This document shows positions 1-11,544 of a DNA stretch of 64,000 nt, one piece after another. Below the pieces are notes generated by a model. The model saw only the letters and a list, made by a program, of their open reading frames with translations. It ran no database searches and was not told the DNA's origin. The position numbers and the translations under genes were made by a program. Within the stretch, counting starts at the first letter, position 1. Each line of letters starts with the position of its first letter. Location: assembly GCA_030141605.1 (NCBI GenBank), contig JAQGDQ010000636.1:58002-122001 (forward strand). The letters are read 5' to 3'. Source of the stretch: Tubiluchus corallicola. Its lineage: Eukaryota; Animalia; Priapulida.

Positions 1-280
1 TATTTGATAATATTTGTAATTTTCTACTTCCCACATAATACTTTTTCATGCAAAGTTAAATACAAAGTGCATTTGTTGACGTTAGATATATAGAAAATTG
101 ATTTTTCATGGAAAAGTTGAAAAAAGCTTTCAGCGACTGCCGTGTTTGCACTGTAACAATGTACAGTGACACTTGTCTAAAATTGGCTAACCCAAAAAAA
201 TTCAACTATCCAGACACAACACACTGATACACTTTGGCCCCAAGTCCACTTTTATTTCAAGATGAAATTCCTGTTGAAAG

Positions 281-505
281 ACGAACGACCTTAATTTGTG
301 CTTGGCTGATCGGTTGGTTTTTCCTGGCAGATGGTTTCTTTAGGCTGTAGCAACTAGGCGTTCAATAGGGTGTACGATCACGCAAGTGTACACAACGCTA
401 AGCTACTAAATAGGCTAAGTTTGAGTTCCTGAAAAGAACGTGTTTCTCTTAATTTCATCCAATTAAATCACTTATAAATGCTTAAACAAATAGCATTATT
501 GGGTA
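281..505 (+). repeat. Dispersed intronic repeat, copy 1 (inverted copies at about 2800-2970 and 3500-3745)
   Basis: The reverse complement of gtgtacgatcacgcaagtgtacac and its flanks recurs at about 2890 (gtgtacacttgcgtgatcgtacac) and about 3615-3740 (gtgtgcacttgcatgaccgtacac...caaattaaggtcgtt). Confidence 0.75.
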
Positions 506-693
506 GCCGTGATTCTCCAGATTAAAACGATATCCGATTTGTCATCATTTGGTTATGTCTGTGCTCATGCAGTAGCAGAAAAGTCGCATGTCTTAAGAGC
601 AATTTTAATTTGTGCGGTCTCATTTTGGTGCGGACTTATTTTGATTGGCGCGGTCCTGAAGAAGTTAATAAGTATAATTTTGTTTATTTATAG

Positions 694-879
694 ACGTGGA
701 TGTGTGGTGGCAGTCTAGAGATTATTCCATGTTCTCACGTGGGACATATCTTCCGAAAACGCGGCCCTTATAAATGGAGAACGGATATCAATGTTCTGAA
801 GAAGAATTCTGTACGGCTAGCAGAAGTCTGGTTGGATGAGTACAAGACATATTTCTTTGAACGAATCAATAAGGACCTA
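694..879 (+). CDS. pgant9: Polypeptide N-acetylgalactosaminyltransferase (GT27), internal exon, end of catalytic domain; gene begins upstream of window
   Basis: Bounded by tttatag|acg and cta|gtaagc. Translates [50 protein letters not shown], the conserved GALNT WxCGG..PCS.VGH.FR motif. [17 protein letters not shown] resembles the pgant9/gly-5 group. Confidence 0.93.
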
Positions 880-1625
880 GTAAGCGACCTGTATGCATAG
901 TTGTGTTGCGAATTAGTATTTTGAAGTTTTGAAGTAACAGGGCATTTTATAGTTTCGTTGTGCGCACGGGAATTTGCTGCAGGTCACAGGTTAAGTGTGC
1001 CACAGTAACGAGTCTTAACCACAACCGTGACGTGACGTGTGGTTAAAGCAAATCCGTCCATAACATCAATTGTTTTACGTGATTATGCAGCGTGTAGAGT
1101 GATTTACTAGCAGGATCTTGCTTGTAAACAAGAGAAAATGAACTAGTTAAGGTTCTAGCTAGCTGTTAAAACTGTTACTATTACAACAGCCTGAATTGTC
1201 AAGTGCACACAAATATGTTGTCTGGTGCGCTTAAACTTTGACCTTTTCACGATCACCATCAAACGCTGGAACTGTGAAAAGGCTCATAGCAGCATTTATA
1301 CAGTTCCAGCGCTGACAAACTGTTTGTGCATGTACCTTCTAAAACAGACGATAAACTAAAATTACAAAACAAATAAACAAAGAATCGATAGATGTATGAC
1401 ATCAGACTGAATGGTATCACTGCTTTTATGGTATCAAGAAACTTTGTGCACATTAGACTCTTCTTAATTCATCATAGTCCTCGGCTCCAGTGTGCGGAAG
1501 TGGGCCCCAGTGTGCGGTAGTGGGGCTTCTCTCAAAACCCATTCTTGTGAATCACATCACAATCACTTTTAACAGTAAACCTTAAAAAGCTTCAAGCTCA
1601 CTGATGAACATTCTCTGTTTCACAG

Positions 1626-1754
1626 GGTGACTATGGTGACGTGTCGTCACGGAAACAACTGCGCAAGGATCTAAAATGTAAGACCTTTGATTGGTTTTTG
1701 AGAAATGTTTATCCAGAACAGTTTATACCTGGTGATTCTGTGGCATCAGGTGAG
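1626..1754 (+). CDS. pgant9: GALNT exon (catalytic domain-lectin linker)
   Basis: Bounded by cacag|ggt and gag|gtaagc; 129 nt, phase 0. GDYGDVSSRKQLRKDLKCKTFDWFLRNVYPEQFIPGDSVASGE matches the GALNT GDVS.R..LR..L.CK.F.W.L.NVYPE motif. Confidence 0.93.
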
Positions 1755-2518
1755 GTAAGCAACATGACTTTTGACCTTTTTTGGATTCTCTGCTCTGAAC
1801 CTTTTGAGAGAAATTACAAAAGGCTACATGTGTGATCTGGTTTTCCCTGAAATATTAGAAAAATATACGATCTATATAAAAGCTGTCTGGTTTTACTCGC
1901 CTCAGAGTAGTCATTTAAAAGTTAAAAAATTCCATGGGAAATAAATTTAAAATGAAAATTGATCATCTTTTACATAGTAGTAGCACACACCTTAGTTTGC
2001 TGGACCTCGCTTTTACAGATATCGGCAAAATCGGATATATTTTGGATAGTTAAAAGCCTGTATATTATTGACACCATCGTAGTATGCTAGAGGGTCGTCA
2101 CTTTGTTTACAACATTACATCAGTGTAACCAAGCAGCGTGTAATGACATTATGTCAGCATGTTACGTGGTTTAATCTGCATCAGAATTATAATCAATAGT
2201 GATGAGCTATTTGAGTCAATTGCCGACAGTTTTTAAATATTTTTCCATATGAGCAGCACATACTAGACGTCTTTGAAACAATTAGGTGAGTCTGATTTTT
2301 GAAACATAAATAAACATGAGTCTTTATTTATTATCGATAAAAACGAACATATTCGGTCCGACTTCGCCCCTCTTTTGTTCGCCGAACCAAGATATGAGTT
2401 AAATTTAGTATAAACTAGAGTATCTTTTTACTATAGGTTGCTATTTTTCACTACTCTTGCACGAAGCAGTTTTTCTAGTTGATCGCCTTGTGTCTTCATG
2501 TTGTTCTGTTGTTTCTAG

Positions 2519-2629
2519 GTTCGTAATGCAGGTGATGGATCAGACTGGTGTCTAGACTGTGCTACTAATCAACTCTCTTTTCAGAAGCCCGTGTTAGTTT
2601 TTCAGTGCCATCGGCAAGGTGGCAACCAG
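2519..2629 (+). CDS. pgant9: GALNT exon, ricin-B lectin alpha repeat
   Basis: Bounded by ttctag|gtt and cag|gtatgt; 111 nt. VRNAGDGSDWCLDCATNQLSFQKPVLVFQCHRQGGNQ (CLD...CH..GGNQ). Confidence 0.92.
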
Positions 2630-3101
2630 GTATGTCTTAGTGAAGTTGAGCGCAAACAATTAGAACTGCAGGCAAAGAAAAGATGATAATTTGGTGCATG
2701 GGACAATTTCTCGACTTCCTAATAATTATTTTTATTCATGTAACTACCTCAGAACCTCTTTTAAGGCACAATGGAGAGCAGGGCAGTCCAATCATGTGAT
2801 TTGTTTAAATGCTTTTAAGTGCATTACTGGGATAAAATTAAGAATAAAAACTTAAGCACTCCAAGTTATTATATTGATTAGCTTAGTAAGGTGTACACTT
2901 GCGTGATCGTACACACCAATTAATCGATTGCTAAAGACCAACCTGTGTGCAGTTTTGTTGCTATTCCAGGATAGATGTCTGCTATTGTTTAAACTGGTTT
3001 TGAGAAGCAGACAATATTAAACATTCACAGACAAAAGATGCTGCTTCTTTCTCAGGAATCAAATAAATATTTTTATAACATGTGCATCACTTTTGTTATA
3101 G

Positions 3102-3230
3102 TTGTGGCATTTGACAAAAGATGGAGAAATTCGTAGAGACGATGCTTGTTTGGATTTTGCAGGCAAAGATGTTATAATTTACCCATGTCACGGCCAAAAA
3201 GGAAACCAATTGTGGAAGTATGATCCCAAT
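3102..3230 (+). CDS. pgant9: GALNT exon, ricin-B lectin beta repeat
   Basis: Bounded by ttatag|ttg and aat|gtgagt; 129 nt. LWHLTKDGEIRRDDACLDFAGKDVIIYPCHGQKGNQLWKYDPN. Confidence 0.92.
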
Positions 3231-3499
3231 GTGAGTTTCTGAATATGTTTGTAAACCGTCTACTGATTTTTGCTTTATTTAATTGTTATAATAATTATTA
3301 TTTCAATGATTTATCATCGCAGCGCCATCTTTGGTTGATTCATTTACTCTTTATTAGTGAGTGCTAATTACTCACCAACTCCTTCAAGACCATGTTACTC
3401 AAAATGGGCCTTATTAGAACTATGACTTTTCTGCTACTGTGTGAGCACAAAAATGACTAAACGATGGAAATTTTGTACTGTTCTGTTCGGGAGAATAAC

Positions 3500-3745
3500 A
3501 GTTATCCAATTAAGATATTTGTTTCAACATTTATAAGTGATTTAATTGGATAAAATTAGGAGAAACATGTCATTTTCAGGCTCTCTAACTTATCCTATTG
3601 AGTAGCTTAGTCTGGTGTGCACTTGCATGACCGTACACACTATTTTATTGATCACCTGCTTGCTACAGCCCAAGCTGTGCAGTGTTCTGTTGTTTCAGAA
3701 AAAAACCAAACAACCAGCCAAGGACAAATTAAGGTCGTTTCATCT
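3500..3745 (-). repeat. Dispersed intronic repeat, inverted copy of 281-505
   Basis: catttataagtgatttaattggat...agagaaacatgt...tagcttag...aaattaaggtcgtt is the reverse complement of 281-505 with substitutions. Confidence 0.75.
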
Positions 3746-4060
3746 CTTGAACGAATTTCTCATTAAAAGTAGGGTAGACTTGATCAGAGTGTTAATTGTG
3801 TCTGGATAGCTGAAATTTTCTGCATTAGCCGATTTCACACAAGTGTACTGCACATTGTTACAGTGCAAACACTGCAGCTATTGATAGAAAGCTCATTTCA
3901 ATTTTTTCGTCAAAAACAAAACATAGAAAAATTATCAATATTATGTAACAGCTGCTGAGTGAGAGCAGTTTTTCATGAAGCCATGCAAAATACAGCAAAG
4001 TTTTACAGTCCTGAAAGAGTTGAGAACATCTTTGTCTGTCACAATTATTATTGATTGCAG

Positions 4061-4201
4061 GCAAATACAATCCGCCACGAGTTGAGTGGAAAGTGCATGG
4101 AGATGAAGACAAACCACAAACATGTCAGTATGGAGAACTGTGATCAAACTAATCCACGGCAACTTTGGGTCTTTGAAAAATACAAACACGAGAAATTATA
4201 A
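4061..4201 (+). CDS. pgant9: GALNT terminal coding exon, ricin-B lectin gamma repeat
   Basis: Starts ttgcag|gca. ANTIRHELSGKCMEMKTNHKHVSMENCDQTNPRQLWVFEKYKHEKL then TAA at 4199-4201; contains the QxW motif. Confidence 0.9.
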   Translation, partial: ANTIRHELSGKCMEMKTNHKHVSMENCDQTNPRQLWVFEKYKHEKL

Positions 4202-5462
4202 CAAATTCAAACAATTTGTGATAAAATGAAGTGATCCACAGTTTTGAGATTTTGCGTTTGCAAGGAGTGTTCCTGTTGTTGTGGAAAGGGTTTCTGCATC
4301 AGCACCGTACTAATCTCTCCCAAGCTGTCAAATATTAATCCGGAAAGTTTCGAAATCGTTAAGGAAGATCTATTTATCCGAGAGTAGCTTTCAGTTGTTT
4401 GTGTAGTTATTTTGTTATGTAAAATATTTTTGTAAAATAGATGTTTTGTTTGCTTGCCAGCATAGAACAAGGTGTTTCTGTATATTTGTGAGTTTGTGAA
4501 TAACTGTAAGATTTGAGAATGAAATTAACAATGCAAATTTCTTTCTGAGGTTTGCATGTTCACTCCCCGGGATAAGTCATAATGACACTGTAACAAATTA
4601 ATTACTGTAACTCTCAATAAATGTAGACAGATTTGAGAATGAAATAAACTTTGCAAATTTCGTTCTTAGGTTCGCATGTTCAATTTAATAACTGTTCTGA
4701 TTACCCCCTCCCAATTCATTAGCAGCTTAAGCATACACACTTGTCAGCTTGTTCTTATATTTCTAGCACACTTGTCAGACTGTTCTATTTCAATTTAATT
4801 GTGTTTGCTTTCCAATCATTGTAATTAAACTTTTTCTTAATTAATTTGATCAAGATTTTACTGAAAATTGCAAATTATTTTAATGAGATCAGTTCTAAAA
4901 GCTAAAGGCTAAAAAAGGGTGCGCCATCCTTTATTAACCGATAGATCTTCCGCAAAAATGACAAAAGATGTTTCTATACTTTTACAAAGTCTCAAAGCGT
5001 TTCGCAAGTATGAAGCAAAAGCCTGTTAAATAGCAGTTGTTGGGCAACCTATACATATTGTACATACAAATAGCTAAAACTGCCGTAAACTAAAATATGA
5101 TTGTTATGTTTACCCTATTAGCTACATTTTAATTTCTGATATCATTATTTATATCTATTATTGTTATTATCTTGCCCTGTTGCTAACGTAGAGGTCGTCA
5201 AAAAGGTTTGGAATAGCATGACGACCATAGTTATTAGCTGTGATCGCCGCCATCTTAGATAAGGGGAGATGAGATTATCTCTACATTTGTTATGAAAGTT
5301 TGTAAATGTCTCATTGTGATACTTTTCTTGTTTTGTAGTTTCTTCAAAACGCTAAAATTTTTTGACTTTAAATCTTCAGCAAGAGGTAATATCTCGGTTT
5401 TTAGGGTGGACAAGTAAGATGCCCGCAGTACAACGTATTTACTAAAAAGTAGAAGTGTACAT

Positions 5463-6190
5463 TATGTTGGGAGCGGAGTGGGACACTTACCGAAGTAGAA
5501 CAATTGGTGTCCATGGGCTGCCCAAGTAGGACACTAGGGTCATGTCACGAACTGAGTGGTTAACCGTAACAGCGGCGTCCGTTGCCCTTGTTTATTTATT
5601 AATAATAATTGAAAATGTCGATACACTTTGAATAATTTATTAATTATACATGTGATAAAATAATCTTATTCTGAACTAGTAGACCGGCCAGTATTAGACT
5701 TGGTTCCGATATTAACCTTTTTAAAAGTCAAATAAGCCTGCTTTTTAGGCGATTCCAACATTGCTTAAGGTATATCATTTTTTATTTTTTCTCGCTTCAG
5801 AGACTGGTAATCTGTTTCATTACGTGTTGGACAAATAATTGTTTTCTACTAATCAAACGAGCTAGCGATCTATGTGCCCTACATAGTTTCACACTTTGAA
5901 ATACTAAGTACTTAGTTTAATGTTATGATGATATTAATGGAGCTATAATAATGATGATATTGTTGTAAAAATACATTCGTAAATCGTTAAAAACTATTCA
6001 TCACTATTGCAAAGTTACTTTTTTTCTAAAACAAATTTAGTTTTATGTTAGTTGTGTCATTATTCTCGGCAGGAAATCACCAGTGCCCTATTTGGGCTCT
6101 CATATAAGTCACTCTTTTTCTGGAAATTTAGCACATGCGCATTAGCGGAAGTGTCCTAGTTCGGTTACTGGTGTGCTTCGCGCTTTATGC
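5463..6190 (+). mobile_element. Non-autonomous DNA-transposon-like (MITE-like) element, copy 1
   Basis: Starts tgttgggagcggagtgggacac and has repeated subterminal AGTAGGACAC-like motifs. Its interior aligns by eye with the reverse complement of about 7530-8160 and its start with 9570-9592. Confidence 0.65.
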
Positions 6191-6539
6191 CTTAATTTCT
6201 CACAGTTTTCAGTAAACAAAGGAGTAATAATGGGGAAGCAGCTGCCAAAACTATTGTAAACTCTGATACACAGTTACGTTTTCCTTTCCTGTTGTTTTTT
6301 ATAATGAAATTAATACTAGTAATCGTATAATAAGCAAAACTATATGTAACGGCACTAGCCATTCGTTCAGACTGAGGTGAAAATTCTCAGCCTTCAGTGG
6401 GTGAAAATAATTTTAACGCATAACACAGTGAATCAAATTACACAAATGTCTTTATTGCTACAGTGTCATTCGTAAACATAACGTAATCGCCGTCTAAACG
6501 TTTTGTAATTATGTCAATATCCATTGTACTTACTGCGTG

Positions 6540-7157
6540 AATTCACCGTATTACAAACGTATTTCATCATATTATTAAAGTATTTCACCGTATTATTAAT
6601 GTATTTCACCATATTATTAACGTATTTCACCGTATTATTAACGTATTTCACCATATTATTAACGTATTTCACCGTATTATTAATGTCTTTTGCCGCATTA
6701 TTAATGTATTTCGCCGCATTATTAACGTATTTCACCATATTATTAACGTATTTCACCACATTATTTACATATTTCACCATATTATTAACGTATTTCACGG
6801 TATTATTAATGTATTTCACTGTATTATTAACGTATTTCACCGTTTTATTAACGTATTTCACCCCATTATTAACGTATTTCACCGTATTATTAACGTATTT
6901 CGCCGCATTATTAACATATTTCACCATATTATTAACATATTTCACCATATTATTAACATATTTCACCATATTATTAACGTATTTCACCGTATTATTAACG
7001 TATTTCACCCCATTATTAACATATTTCACCATATTATTAACATATTTCACCGCATTATTAACGTATTTCCCCGCCTTATTAACGTATTTCACGGTATTAT
7101 TAAGGTATTTCACGGTATTATTAAGGTATTTCACCGCATTACTAACTTGTTTACCGT
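6540..7157. repeat. 21-bp minisatellite (tattattaacgtatttcaccr), about 29 copies
   Basis: Direct tandem periodicity; accounts for the 7-residue-period ORFs 6514..7134 and 6524..7159. Confidence 0.95.
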
Positions 7158-8155
7158 AAAGGCGGGTGATTTGATCTACCTTTGACCATCTGTCTTAACA
7201 GCACAAACTGAAAACAATGCCAGAGAAACTGCGCAACCTGCTGCCCATGTGCGCATGATACGAAAATGAAGGTGGCAGCACCTTCCAGTGAGATATTAGC
7301 TAAGCTAATCAATGGTGCATGGACAGCAGTTACACTATAATTTGTTATTGTATTTTTTTAGAACAATCATATATCCCATAAAATTGCAACGTGCGGACTT
7401 TGCTAATAGCGGTGCTAATTTTGCCGACTTTGCAGTGGCCAATAAATCAAAAATAATCAATCTGAATCTTTACTGCAGACCATTCTGTCTCTTTCAGCGT
7501 GTTTCGTAAATACCTATAAAATCCAATGTGTAGGGCGCAGAGTATGCCACTAACCGATGTAGAACATTTGCGCTAAATTTACGGAAAACTAGTGTCATAC
7601 ATGGGCAGCCCAAGTAGGACACTGGCGATTTCTCCCCCTGTTTTAGCTTGATGTCGAGAATTTAGTAAAAATTTTAAAAGTTCCAAGAAAATTTCTCTCC
7701 ATTTTATTGTTGAAAGTGTTGAAATTTATTCTTGTTACTGTGCTTGTTGGCTGAGTCAGTTTGGTGTGTCACACCGTTGATACGCACGATGCTCTTCACC
7801 AAATAGAAGAGCAAACTCTAACATCAATAAGAAGCGTCAGTTTGCAACATCAAAAACATGTATTTTGTTCACATACTGAAACAGGTCACCTGTCTCTGAA
7901 AGCGAGGCAACATATTAAATGGTATACCTTAACTGAATTTTGGATCACGTAAAAAGCGGATTTATTTCTTTTCAAAAAAGTTTAATCAGAAGCCAAATTT
8001 AATATTGCTCTTGCACTAAGCTCAGAATAAGATTCCTTTATCTAATGTATAATAAGTTATTCAAAGTGTATTGCATTTCAAGTATTATTATTAAATAAAC
8101 AAGGACCCTGCATGCTGATACTATGGTTAATGATTCAATTTATGATCTGTCTTGA

Positions 8156-9545
8156 GTGTCCTACTTGGGCTAGCCCATGTACGATGTGCCCCACTTGTGC
8201 TAGCCCATGTACGATGTGCCCCACTTGTGCTAGCCCAATAACGATGTGCCCTACTTGTGCTGGCCCATGTACGACGTGCCCCACTTGTGCTAGCCCATGT
8301 ACGATGTGCCCCACTTGTGCTAGCCCAATAACGATGTGCCCTACTTGTGCTGGCCCATGTACGACATGCCCCACTTGTGCTAGCCCATGTATGACGTGCC
8401 CCACTTGTGCTAGCCCATGTACGATGTGCCCTACTTGTACAACGTCGAAGCCGATACGGCTAAATCAGTGCGAGTCAGATGTCCATGAAACCATCTCTTA
8501 CCCACGACTTGAACCTTCTTGCGTATCCAAGCATCCGTCTTTCTTCATCGAGTTTTTCGGCACAGTTGTTGACTAGGGATCTCCATGCAGGACGGTCGTG
8601 AACTGCGAAAGGCAGCTTGTCCAACATTCCACCTTTCCTCAGAGAGAACTTCACCTTGTCCTTGAAGCGAAGGAGAGGACGACCAACACTGCGAGAGCCA
8701 CTGGTTAGTTCTCCATGGAGAAGGGCCTTTATCGGTCTCTTATCGTTCATTCTGACCACATGCCCAAACCACCGAAGTTGAGCCTTAGTAAGCGTAACCT
8801 CGATATCTTCCATCTTGGCACGAGCCAGCACGTCTTCGTTTGGCACATAGTCGTCCCAGCGAATACGAAGGATGTGACGCAGATGTCTCTGCTGAACCGC
8901 ACGAAGAGACCTGACCTGATCTTGATAGAGCGTCCACGTTTCCTGACCATAGGTGAGCTGCGGAATGATGCATTGCTTGTACACCTGCAGTTTAGTGGCG
9001 ATGGTAAGGTCATGGTTATCGAAGACACGTTTCCTCATACGGCCGAAAGAGCTGGCTGCAGCATTAATTCTTGCATGAAGCTCAGTATCCAATCGAGTAT
9101 CTGAGCAGATGAAACTTCCGAGATATTTGAACCGTTGCACACTTCCAAGCTGTTCTCCGTCAATGGTAAAATTGACACTGTCACTAGAGCCGACACTCAT
9201 TGTCTCAGTCTTCCTTTTGTTAATGCGCAGTCCCATTCTCTTTGCAGTTTCATTGTGCCCTACTTGTGCTAGCCCATTTATGACATGCCCCACTTGTGCT
9301 AGCCCATGTACGATGTGCCCTACTTGTGCTAGCCCATGTACGACATGTCTTACTTCTGTTGGCCCATGTACCACGTGCCCTACTTGTACTGGCCCATGTA
9401 CCACGTGCCCTACTTGTGCTAGCCCATGTATGATGTGTCCTACTTGTGCTAGCCCATGTACGACGTGTCCTAGTGCTAGCCCATTAATGACTTTTCCTAC
9501 TTCCGCTAGCCTATGTATAACATGTACTACTTGTGTTAGCCCAAG
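8156..9545. repeat. 30-bp minisatellite (acgatgtgccctacttgtgctagcccatgt), split into two arms (8156-8438 and 9254-9545) by the LINE
   Basis: Tandem periodicity; accounts for the CPTCASPCTM and HGLAQVGHIV pseudo-ORFs. Confidence 0.92.
8439..9253 (-). mobile_element. 5'-truncated RTE-clade (BovB-like) non-LTR retrotransposon: RT C-terminus and 3' end, 14-bp target-site duplication
   Basis: Open frame GLRINKRKTETM...FKYLGS...LTYGQETW...QLRWFGHVVRM...LHGEL..G.R.VGRP.LRFKD is typical of the RTE ORF C-terminus. Flanked by tgtgccctacttgt at 8425-8438 and 9254-9267. Visibly more GC-rich than its flanks. Confidence 0.9.
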
Positions 9546-9700
9546 TATGTTATTTGTCATATTTTGGCTAATCTCCTACTCCGCTCCAACAGAATGATTT
9601 ATTAAGAATAGGTTAGAAAAGGTTTTTTATAAGCTAATTAATTTTTTATCTTATAACTTTTTGCAGAAGATACTTTTGCATCACAAACTCAGTCAAAAAT

Positions 9701-11110
9701 ATGGACCAGCAAGTAAAATCAGATACAATGTCAGTGAAAATTGAATCAGACTTTGTAGTAAATGTCTCTAGGGATTCCTCTGACAGCGAAACAGCAGATG
9801 GTAATGTAGAAAATAAGAACACGCAAGTAAAAACTGAAGATGATATTTCAACAACTGGCATAGAAAATAGTGAAGCAGCAGATTGCGGATTTGAAGCTGA
9901 TGGAATTTTTGTAAAAACTGTGTATGGTGTATTTGCTGATAATAATATAGAAAACATTGATGTGTGTAAAGCATTTTATGGAATGAATAAACCACCTAAT
10001 CTTATGAATAAGAAAACTGATTATAATCGCTTAGCAAATTCTTCAACCAATTGCTTGGAAGATGAAACAGCTTATGCAAGTGTTTCAGTTGATGCCTTGG
10101 AAAGTTGTTCACAAGGTTCAACGACTGGTTGTCTATCTGCTGTAACAGAACGTGAATGTTTAACTCAATCAGTAGAAAATGTTCAAAATTGTTTGCCATG
10201 CAAAAGTGAGGTTTGTGATTCTGCTTCTGAATGCCATCAGAATGAGATGTTTTTCGATCATACAGATTCGACTGGATCATACAATCTCACTTCAGATGTA
10301 CCAAGAACAAATTTGCAATGTTATGTGAACACAGAGCCTTATAAGTGCAGTCACTGTGCTTCTTTGTTTGTTAATTCAAGTGATTTTGAAGAGCATCAAA
10401 AAGTTCACACAGAAGAAAAGCCCTTCAAGTGTACTCGGTGTGAAGCTGCTTTTGCTGAGTTTTGTGAATTGAAATTGCACACGAGGGCTCATACCGGGGA
10501 AAAACCTTTTCCATGCACACAGTGCAATGCTACTTTTGCTCGGCGACCTTATTTGAAACGACATATGATAACACATACAGGCGAAAAACCTTTTAAGTGT
10601 ACATGGTGTTCTAGTGCTTTTGCTATTCCTGGTACGTTGAGAGAACATATAAGAAATCATACTGGGGAAAGACTTTTCAGATGCACGTGGTGTGATGCTA
10701 GTTTTACTCGTTCACATTATTTAAAGAATCACGTGAGGATACATACAGGCGAAAAACCATTTAAGTGCACATACTGTGATGCTGCATTTACTCAGCATCA
10801 TGGTTTGAAACAGCACCTGAGGAGGCATACTGGTGAAAAACCTTTCAAGTGTACTCTATGTGATGCTGTTTTTGCTAGTACTCACAGTTTGACGTGTCAC
10901 ATGAGATCTCATTCAGGGGAAAGACCTTTTAAGTGTACGCAGTGCAGTGCTGCTTTTGCGCACCCTAGTAACTTGAGAGAACATGCAAAAACTCATTCAG
11001 GAGAGAAACCTTATAAGTGTACACAGTGCCATTCCAGTTTTTCTCACTCTGGCAGTTTGAAACGGCATATTATGAGTCATACAAGAAAAGCTTTAAAGAA
11101 ATCGTCTTAA
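9701..11110 (+). CDS. C2H2 zinc-finger protein, 9 tandem fingers, acidic N-terminus (469 aa)
   Basis: Nine CxxC-x12-HxxxH units with TGEKPF/Y linkers; splice acceptor ttttgcag| at about 9666, upstream of the ATG. Confidence 0.93.
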   Translation: MDQQVKSDTMSVKIESDFVVNVSRDSSDSETADGNVENKNTQVKTEDDISTTGIENSEAADCGFEADGIFVKTVYGVFADNNIENIDVCKAFYGMNKPPNLMNKKTDYNRLANSSTNCLEDETAYASVSVDALESCSQGSTTGCLSAVTERECLTQSVENVQNCLPCKSEVCDSASECHQNEMFFDHTDSTGSYNLTSDVPRTNLQCYVNTEPYKCSHCASLFVNSSDFEEHQKVHTEEKPFKCTRCEAAFAEFCELKLHTRAHTGEKPFPCTQCNATFARRPYLKRHMITHTGEKPFKCTWCSSAFAIPGTLREHIRNHTGERLFRCTWCDASFTRSHYLKNHVRIHTGEKPFKCTYCDAAFTQHHGLKQHLRRHTGEKPFKCTLCDAVFASTHSLTCHMRSHSGERPFKCTQCSAAFAHPSNLREHAKTHSGEKPYKCTQCHSSFSHSGSLKRHIMSHTRKALKKSS

Positions 11111-11544
11111 CATTAAAATGGTTTAATGATTCTGCAAATTTTTGTAAGAAAAGTTGAGAAATTGAGGCTTAACCATTCTGGTTCTGATTTTGAGAATTGG
11201 CAGCCTCGTGTGCGACACATAGTTGAGTTTGATAAATTTGCTGCTGCCGTTTCTGTTTGCAAGTGCCTTTATGAAAAATTTTAAACCTTTTTCTGTTGCA
11301 CTTTTCCTGTGAGAACATGTATTGTATTCATTTTGGCTAGAGTTTGCAATTCCCCATACCCAAGAAATTAATTCTTGGAGTTGTTTTAATATTAAGGTCA
11401 GGATTAAGGATATTGATACGATTAGGGTTGGATTAGGACTAGGGTAACAATTGGTATTTAAATTGTGTGGGAATTTGCAAACTATTTCCATAATGCTTCT
11501 GCATATCATGCGAGTTTAAGTAATTATTACAGGCACTTAATACA

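Larger units (their letters stand above)
7530..9592 (-). mobile_element. MITE-like element, copy 2 (inverted relative to copy 1), expanded by an internal 30-bp minisatellite and a LINE insertion
   Basis: 7530-7640 is the reverse complement of 6070-6190; 7850-8160 is the reverse complement of about 5530-5840; ends ctcctactccgctccaaca, the reverse complement of the copy-1 start. Confidence 0.65.

Noticed and set aside
6514-7159. 206-aa and 211-aa ORFs with 7-residue periodicity
   Set aside because: Translation of a 21-bp minisatellite that is open on both strands, with no unique coding flanks or splice context.
8112-9597. Cys-rich CPTCASPCTM ORFs resembling metallothionein or keratin-associated proteins
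   Set aside because: Translation of the 30-bp transposon-derived array, which is interrupted by a LINE.
9646-10660. Antisense ORFs over ZF1 (and similar ones over ZF2, the ANK gene and the LINE)
   Set aside because: Shadow frames of real coding sequence with no recognisable motifs.
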